Source: Sulfurimonadaceae bacterium (lineage in GTDB: Bacteria; Campylobacterota; Campylobacteria; Campylobacterales; Sulfurimonadaceae). Taken from it: DNA of 13,065 nt. Location of the stretch: contig JBFESZ010000058.1 of assembly GCA_041548245.1 (NCBI GenBank), forward strand, positions 1 through 13,065, written 5' to 3'. Both the position numbers and the translations under genes were made by a program. Below, piece by piece: positions 1-13,065 of this stretch (the first letter of the stretch is position 1; every line of letters begins with the position of its first letter). A model generated the notes under the pieces. It did no database searches. It was not told the origin of the DNA and worked only from the letters and a program-made list of their open reading frames with translations.

Positions 1-222
1 CCATTCTTTACTAACTACCGTCCACAGTTCTATGTTCGTACAACGGACGTAACTGGTGCTATTACACTACCAGAAGGTACTGAGATGGTTATGCCAGGTG
101 ATAACGTTAAAATTACTGCTGAACTAATCAACCCGATCGCTATGGAAGAGGGAACTCGTTTCGCTATCCGTGAAGGTGGTCGTACTGTTGGTGCAGGTGT
201 TGTTGCTAAAATCCTTAAATAA
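1..222 (+). CDS. tuf: Elongation factor Tu, C-terminal part (truncated by window edge)
   Basis: Frame 1 reads [73 protein letters not shown], the EF-Tu domain 3 signature; TAA at 220-222. Not in the ORF track. Confidence 0.99.
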   Translation, partial: PFFTNYRPQFYVRTTDVTGAITLPEGTEMVMPGDNVKITAELINPIAMEEGTRFAIREGGRTVGAGVVAKILK

Positions 223-251
223 TTAGGATTTTAAACACCTCATACAGCGGA

Positions 252-270
252 GCTAGAGCTTGACTCTAGC
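252..270 (+). other. Short hairpin in the tuf-rpmG spacer
   Basis: GCTAGAG-CTTGA-CTCTAGC, perfect 7-bp stem; no U-tract follows on +, function unknown. Confidence 0.5.
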
Positions 271-296
271 GCAAAAATCTAATATAGGTAAACGCA

Positions 297-449
297 ATGA
301 GAGAAAATATTCACTTGGGTTGTGAGAAGTGTACACGTCGTAATTATCACACAACTAAAAACAAAAAGACTCATACAGAAAAGTTTTCAGTAAGAAAATA
401 CTGTAAATGGTGTCGTGAGCACACAACACACAAAGAGATGAAACTGTAA
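297..449 (+). CDS. rpmG: 50S ribosomal protein L33 (bL33), Zn-ribbon form, 50 aa
   Basis: ATG at 297 after AGGT; MRENIHLGCEKCTRRNYHTTKNKKTHTEKFSVRKYCKWCREHTTHKEMKL* with two CxxC pairs and the RNY.T.KN motif; usual position between tuf and secE. Too short for the ORF track. Confidence 0.97.
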   Translation: MRENIHLGCEKCTRRNYHTTKNKKTHTEKFSVRKYCKWCREHTTHKEMKL

Positions 450-493
450 TAGTTTCACTTCTTTTATGTTCTCTTGCCTTGGCAAGATCAAAT

Positions 494-569
494 AGGCGTA
501 TAGCTCCAATGGTAGAGCACCGGATTCCAAATCCGGGTGTTGGGAGTTCGAGTCTCTCTACGCCTGCCA
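494..569 (+). tRNA. tRNA-Trp (anticodon CCA)
   Basis: 76-nt cloverleaf: acceptor AGGCGTA/TACGCCT, D-stem GCTC/GAGC, anticodon stem CCGGA/TCCGG with CCA at 527-529, T-arm GGGAG-TTCGAGT-CTCTC, encoded 3' CCA at 567-569. Confidence 0.98.
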
Positions 570-571
570 CA

Positions 572-615
572 CATTTTCGACAGATGCGTCTTATGAGACT
601 TATCTATCGGAAATG
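572..615 (+). other. Long imperfect hairpin between tRNA-Trp and secE
   Basis: CATTTTCGACAGATGCGTCT (572-591), loop TATG, AGACTTATCTATCGGAAATG (596-615): 20 positions with 16 Watson-Crick pairs, 2 G-U and 2 mismatches. Confidence 0.65.
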
Positions 616-646
616 ATACAGCGTTAAAAGCGTAAAGGATAACATA

Positions 647-826
647 ATGAGTAAGGTTCGTTCTTATATCAGAAATTCACGTGCAGAGTTGTCGAAGGTC
701 ATCTTCCCAACGTCAGCACAGGTTAAGCAAGCCTTTTTTGCAGTATTTATCGTTGTCGCTTTTGTATCACTTTTCCTGGCACTTGTTGATCTTATCATGT
801 CATCAATTCTATCAGCTATATTATAA
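647..826 (+). CDS. secE: Preprotein translocase subunit SecE (short single-TM type), 59 aa
   Basis: SD AAAGGA upstream; MSKVRSYIRNSRAELSKVIFPTSAQVKQAFFAVFIVVAFVSLFLALVDLIMSSILSAIL* has the EL.KV.FP motif and one hydrophobic helix; directly upstream of nusG. Confidence 0.96.
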   Translation: MSKVRSYIRNSRAELSKVIFPTSAQVKQAFFAVFIVVAFVSLFLALVDLIMSSILSAIL

Positions 827-836
827 AGGATTCTAA

Positions 837-1367
837 ATGGCACATAAATGGTATTCATTACAGACTTATGCAGGTTCTGAGAGAAGTGTTAAAGTAGCGA
901 TTGAAAACTTGATCGAAGAGTATAAGCTTCAAGACGTAATCAAAGAGGTCGTCGTACCGACTGAAGACGTCATGGAGATGAAAGACGGAAAGAAAAAGAT
1001 CAGTGAGCGTTCTTTATATTCGGGTTACGTCTTTATCAACGTTGACCTTAATACGGAAGTTCAACACATGATCCAGTCTCTTTCAAGAGTCTCTGGATTT
1101 ATTGGTGAAGCCAACCATCCGACACCATTAAGCGAGCATGATATCAAGACGATTTTGGATCGTGTTGAAAACCGTGCTGCACCTAAGCCAAAAGTAGCTT
1201 TTGACAATGGTGAGGTTGTTCGTATTATCGATGGTCCATTCTCTAACTTTACAGGAACTGTAGATGAGTATGATATGGAACATGGAACGCTTAAACTTAA
1301 TGTATCTATCTTCGGACGTGCAACGCCGGTTGATATCGCATTTTCACAAGTAGAAAAAATTATATAA
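837..1367 (+). CDS. nusG: Transcription termination/antitermination factor NusG
   Basis: KWYSLQTYAGSE N-terminus, LYSGYVFI, KOW motif GEVVRIIDGPFSNFTG, C-terminal VSIFGRATPV; SD AAAGGA at 825-830. Confidence 0.99.
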   Translation: MAHKWYSLQTYAGSERSVKVAIENLIEEYKLQDVIKEVVVPTEDVMEMKDGKKKISERSLYSGYVFINVDLNTEVQHMIQSLSRVSGFIGEANHPTPLSEHDIKTILDRVENRAAPKPKVAFDNGEVVRIIDGPFSNFTGTVDEYDMEHGTLKLNVSIFGRATPVDIAFSQVEKII

Positions 1368-1406
1368 CGAAACTCAAGCAGAGTTATCTCAAACAAAGGA
1401 AAAAAA

Positions 1407-1832
1407 ATGGCAAAACAAGTCGCGGGTTATATTAAATTACAAATCCAAGCCGGTGCAGCTAACCCTGCACCACCTGTTGGTCCAGCTTTAGGACAACGTG
1501 GTGTTAACATCATGGAATTCTGTAAAGCATTCAACGAAAAAACAAAAGACAAGATGGGATTCAAAGTTCCAACTGTTATTACAGTATATGCTGATAAAAG
1601 CTTTACGTTTGAAACTAAACAGCCACCAGCATCTGCACTTCTTATGAAAGCTGCAAACCTTAAAAAAGGTACTGATAACCCACTTAAAAACAAAGTAGGT
1701 AAAATCACTAAGGCTCAATTGATGGAAGTTGTAAAAGCTAAAATCGCTGACCTTAACACAGATGATGAAGAAGCAGCCGCTAAAACTTTGGCTGGTTCAG
1801 CACGTTCAATGGGTATCGAAATCGTAGACTAA
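1407..1832 (+). CDS. rplK: 50S ribosomal protein L11 (uL11)
   Basis: [35 protein letters not shown] and GSARSMGI motifs; 141 aa. Confidence 0.99.
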   Translation: MAKQVAGYIKLQIQAGAANPAPPVGPALGQRGVNIMEFCKAFNEKTKDKMGFKVPTVITVYADKSFTFETKQPPASALLMKAANLKKGTDNPLKNKVGKITKAQLMEVVKAKIADLNTDDEEAAAKTLAGSARSMGIEIVD

Positions 1833-1900
1833 TCTGCGGAAGTTGTAGATACTTTAAAGATCATCGACCACAGTGATCTAAAAATAGATGTGGCAGATTA
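1830..1900 (+). promoter_or_regulatory. Structured rplK-rplA spacer, candidate L1 autoregulatory site
   Basis: CTGCGG-AAG (1834-1842) can pair with GA-CCACAG (1866-1873), resembling the GUGGGAG...ACCAC L1-binding motif as I recall it; alternative stems also present. Confidence 0.45.
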
Positions 1901-1916
1901 AAATGGAGAATCAAAA

Positions 1917-2612
1917 ATGGCAAGTAAAAGATATAAACAACTTACCGAGAAAATCGATGCAAGCAAAGTGTACAGTGTTGCTGATGCTTCTGCATTCATT
2001 GGTGAATTAAAATCTGCAAAATTTGACGAGACTGTTGAAATTGCAATGAACCTTAATGTTGACCCTCGTCACGCTGATCAAATGATCCGCGGTGCGATCG
2101 TTCTTCCTCATGGAACGGGTAAAACTGTTCGTGTCGCAGTATTTGCAAAAGGTGCTAAAGCTGATGAAGCTAAAGCAGCGGGCGCAGATGTTGTCGGTAC
2201 AGATGATCTAGTTGAGCAGATCCAAGCTGGTGAATTCAACTTTGATGTTGTTGTTGCTGCACCTGATTGTATGGGTCTTGTTGGTAAAATCGGTCGTATT
2301 CTAGGGCCAAAAGGTATGATGCCCAACCCTAAAACAGGTACTGTTACACCTGATGTCGCTCAAGCTGTTAAAAATCTTCAAGGTGGTCAAGTAAACTACC
2401 GTGTTGACAAAAAAGGTAACATCCACGCTGGTATAGGGAAAGTTTCTTTCTCTCCTGAAGCAATTGCAGACAATATCCGTGCTTTCATTGCTTCTATCAA
2501 TAAGCAAAAACCAGCATCTGCAAAAGGTCGTTATATTAAAAATGCTGCTCTTTCACTTACAATGAGTCCAGCAATTAAATTTGACCTGTCTGAAATTTCT
2601 GACATCAAATAA
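1917..2612 (+). CDS. rplA: 50S ribosomal protein L1 (uL1)
   Basis: [42 protein letters not shown] motifs; SD GGAG upstream; 231 aa. Confidence 0.99.
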   Translation: MASKRYKQLTEKIDASKVYSVADASAFIGELKSAKFDETVEIAMNLNVDPRHADQMIRGAIVLPHGTGKTVRVAVFAKGAKADEAKAAGADVVGTDDLVEQIQAGEFNFDVVVAAPDCMGLVGKIGRILGPKGMMPNPKTGTVTPDVAQAVKNLQGGQVNYRVDKKGNIHAGIGKVSFSPEAIADNIRAFIASINKQKPASAKGRYIKNAALSLTMSPAIKFDLSEISDIK

Positions 2613-2624
2613 TTTTATTATTTC

Positions 2625-2658
2625 CAGGCAGATAGATCTGCCTGACCCTCTTTTTTTT
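2625..2658 (+). terminator. Probable intrinsic terminator after rplA
   Basis: CAGGCAGA-TAGA-TCTGCCTG 8-bp stem, then ACCCTC and T8; the 6-nt gap before the T-tract is atypical. Confidence 0.55.
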
Positions 2659-2704
2659 ATAATCCCCACATTCAATTTTAAAATCTCATAAATATTTATT
2701 TATC

Positions 2705-2740
2705 TATTAAAGCGTACTTTTAGAAAATATTCAGTATAAT
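2705..2740 (+). promoter_or_regulatory. Putative sigma70 promoter for rplJ-rplL-rpoBC
   Basis: Perfect TATAAT at 2735-2740 after AT-rich tracts, as is typical of Campylobacterota RpoD promoters; lies downstream of the rplA terminator and upstream of the L10 leader. Confidence 0.55.
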
Positions 2741-2820
2741 CCCATTCCTAATTCAAATTTTTTATAGGCAATCTATCCAGATTTCCGATTTGAGATTTGA
2801 TATCTTGAAATTATTTTATG

Positions 2821-2876
2821 GACTAAAGACAGTTAGAGGCGAGAGCTTAATCGGTTTATACCGCTCAACTTGAAGT
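2821..2876 (+). promoter_or_regulatory. Ribosomal protein L10 leader (L10/L12 autoregulatory RNA)
   Basis: ACTAAAGACAGTTAGAG-GCGAGAGC-TTAAT-CGGTTTATACCG-CTCAACTTGAAGT follows the L10-leader layout (AAGAC, outer stem, two small hairpins linked by UAAU, closing GAAG); ends about 25 nt before the rplJ start. Confidence 0.8.
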
Positions 2877-2900
2877 TTGATGTCTGGAAAGGAGAATACG

Positions 2901-3386
2901 ATGACTAAATCTAAAAAAGCTGAAGTAATTGAGCAACTTCGTGGTGCATTTGAAAATACAACAGCAGTAGTAATCTGTGATTACAAAGGACTTAGTGTTT
3001 CAGAACTAGAAGGCTTGCGTGCTGCTGCTAAAGCAAAAGATACGTCTGTTCAGGTTGTAAAGAACACATTGGCTACTATCGCATTGAACAATGCTGGTAT
3101 GAGCGGTGTGGAGATCAAAGATACAAACATATTTGTATGGTCTGATGACGTTATCTCGGCATCAAAAGTCGCTTCAGATTTCGCTAAAAAATCAGATAAG
3201 TTTGTTATCAAAGCAGGTTACCTAGATGGTGAGCCGGCTGATGCTGCTAAAATCGAAGCGTTTGCAAAACTTCCGGGTCGCGAAGAACTACTTGGAATGC
3301 TTGCTTCTGTATGGATGGGTCCAGTTCGCAATTTTACAATCGGACTAGATGCGCTACGCAGACAAAAAGAAGAAGCGGGAGAGTAA
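2901..3386 (+). CDS. rplJ: 50S ribosomal protein L10 (uL10), 161 aa
   Basis: MTKSKKAEVI..., DYKGLSV, VVKNTLA, LPGREELL motifs. Start placed at ATG 2901 behind SD AAAGGAG rather than at 2877. Confidence 0.98.
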   Translation: MTKSKKAEVIEQLRGAFENTTAVVICDYKGLSVSELEGLRAAAKAKDTSVQVVKNTLATIALNNAGMSGVEIKDTNIFVWSDDVISASKVASDFAKKSDKFVIKAGYLDGEPADAAKIEAFAKLPGREELLGMLASVWMGPVRNFTIGLDALRRQKEEAGE

Positions 3387-3458
3387 TCTCTCTTTTTCAA
3401 AGCAATGGATTGGCGGCCTAACTGCCTAAATAAAATAAAAATATAATGGAGAAACATT

Positions 3459-3833
3459 ATGGCTGTAACTAAAGAAGACGTATTAGAGTTTATCTCTGGT
3501 TTATCTGTACTTGAGCTTTCTGAGCTTGTAAAAGAATTCGAAGAAAAATTCGGTGTATCTGCTCAACCTGTAGCGGTTGCTGGTGGTGCTGTTGCTGGTG
3601 ATGCTGGTGCGGCTGAAGAGAAATCTGAGTTTGACGTTGTAATTACTGACGCTGGTGCTAAGAAAATCGGTGTTATTAAAGTAATCCGTGAGCTTACTGG
3701 TCTTGGACTAAAAGAAGCTAAAGAAGCTGCAGAAGCTCTTCCTTCAACTGTTAAAGAAGGTATCTCTAAAGAAGATGCTGAAGCTGCAAAAGCTGCACTT
3801 GAAGAAGCTGGTGCTACAGTAGAAGTTAAGTAA
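3459..3833 (+). CDS. rplL: 50S ribosomal protein L7/L12 (bL12)
   Basis: [21 protein letters not shown], Ala/Gly hinge, [27 protein letters not shown]. Confidence 0.99.
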   Translation: MAVTKEDVLEFISGLSVLELSELVKEFEEKFGVSAQPVAVAGGAVAGDAGAAEEKSEFDVVITDAGAKKIGVIKVIRELTGLGLKEAKEAAEALPSTVKEGISKEDAEAAKAALEEAGATVEVK

Positions 3834-3882
3834 TTTCTTAACACCTCGCAATCTTACTATGAGGGGTAATCCCTCCCCTCCT

Positions 3883-3927
3883 GGGTCATTTAGAGTATAG
3901 TTTGTCTATACCCTAAATGGCCCTTTT
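3883..3927 (+). terminator. Terminator/attenuator-like hairpin between rplL and rpoB
   Basis: GGGTCATTTAGAGTATAG-TTTGT-CTATACCCTAAATGGCCC (18 positions, 1 G-U, 1 mismatch) followed by TTTTG; same position as the known E. coli rplL-rpoB attenuator. Confidence 0.7.
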
Positions 3928-3995
3928 GCGGTACAAGCCACTAACATTTATTATCTGTGGTCCATTCAGGGACGCCTGAACTATTCACCATGTCA

Positions 3996-4089
3996 TTGGA
4001 CATAAATATTTTCACTTTTCAAAATTTTTAATCATTCTAAGCAGATGCAATAGTATCTATTTTACTGTTGTGAACATATTTATGTCCAA
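3996..4089. repeat. Long-range inverted repeat in the rpoB leader
   Basis: TTGGACATAAATAT (3996-4009) is the exact reverse complement of ATATTTATGTCCAA (4076-4089); extends by TTCAC/GTGAA after one mismatch. Confidence 0.9.
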
Positions 4090-4176
4090 GTAATTGGATG
4101 AATTACATAAGACACTTCCAAGACGTTTGGATCTGTCTTTCAAATGCCCCAGTACACCGTTGCTGACATTTACTAA

Positions 4177-12859
<8,683 letters not shown>

Positions 12860-13052
12860 CCTTGATATTTCTACTTTCCCCACTTCTTATACATAATATA
12901 AACTTCTTTTAAAAATAAAGCGTGTCTTAAACAAAATTCAGCTAATATTTCGCACCATTTGGTAATCCCTAAATTAAAAAGAGGTAATCTATAGGTTTAC
13001 TGACTTTGAGTTTAGAGAAAATTCTACTGGAACATTATGAAAGGAGATTATA

Positions 13053-13065
13053 GTGCCTACTATTA
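13053..13065 (+). CDS. rpsL: 30S ribosomal protein S12, first codons (truncated by window edge)
   Basis: SD AAAGGAGA at 13040-13047, then GTG CCT ACT ATT A = MPTI, matching the conserved S12 start MPTINQL; rpsL commonly follows rpoC. Confidence 0.85.

Noticed and set aside
355..570. 71-aa minus-strand ORF
   Set aside because: It is the antisense of tRNA-Trp and rpmG; a typical tRNA shadow ORF.
494..646. tRNA-Trp as an integration site or UGA read-through tRNA
   Set aside because: No integrase, duplicated 3' end or inserted DNA, and synteny is intact. The anticodon stem is a full 5 bp, and read-through of the rpoB TGA would not enter the rpoC frame.
3965..4131. GGA motifs in rpoB leader hairpins as CsrA sites
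   Set aside because: Only one clean ANGGA (3968-3972), far from the SD; too weak to claim.
12860..13039. rpsL promoter or small RNA in the rpoC-rpsL spacer
   Set aside because: Only an imperfect -10-like gcTAATAT (12941-12948) in AT-rich DNA and no convincing structure; cannot be placed reliably.

Overview
This is an ordinary, highly conserved housekeeping cluster from a Campylobacterota (epsilonproteobacterial) chromosome, tentatively Sulfurimonas/Sulfurovum-like from RpoB/RpoC sequence style. All genes are on the + strand: 3' end of tuf, rpmG, tRNA-Trp(CCA), secE, nusG, rplK, rplA, rplJ, rplL, rpoB, rpoC, and the first codons of rpsL. I see no mobile element, CRISPR array, intein or accessory gene, and no support for a novel protein-coding system. 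The points worth a second look are non-coding or architectural: a densely structured ~360-nt rplL-rpoB spacer, an L10 leader, a candidate L1 site between rplK and rplA, hairpins enclosing several stop codons, unfused rpoB/rpoC overlapping by 20 nt, and a ~337-aa trigger-loop insertion in RpoC. All pairings were found by eye; no folding energies or searches were run.
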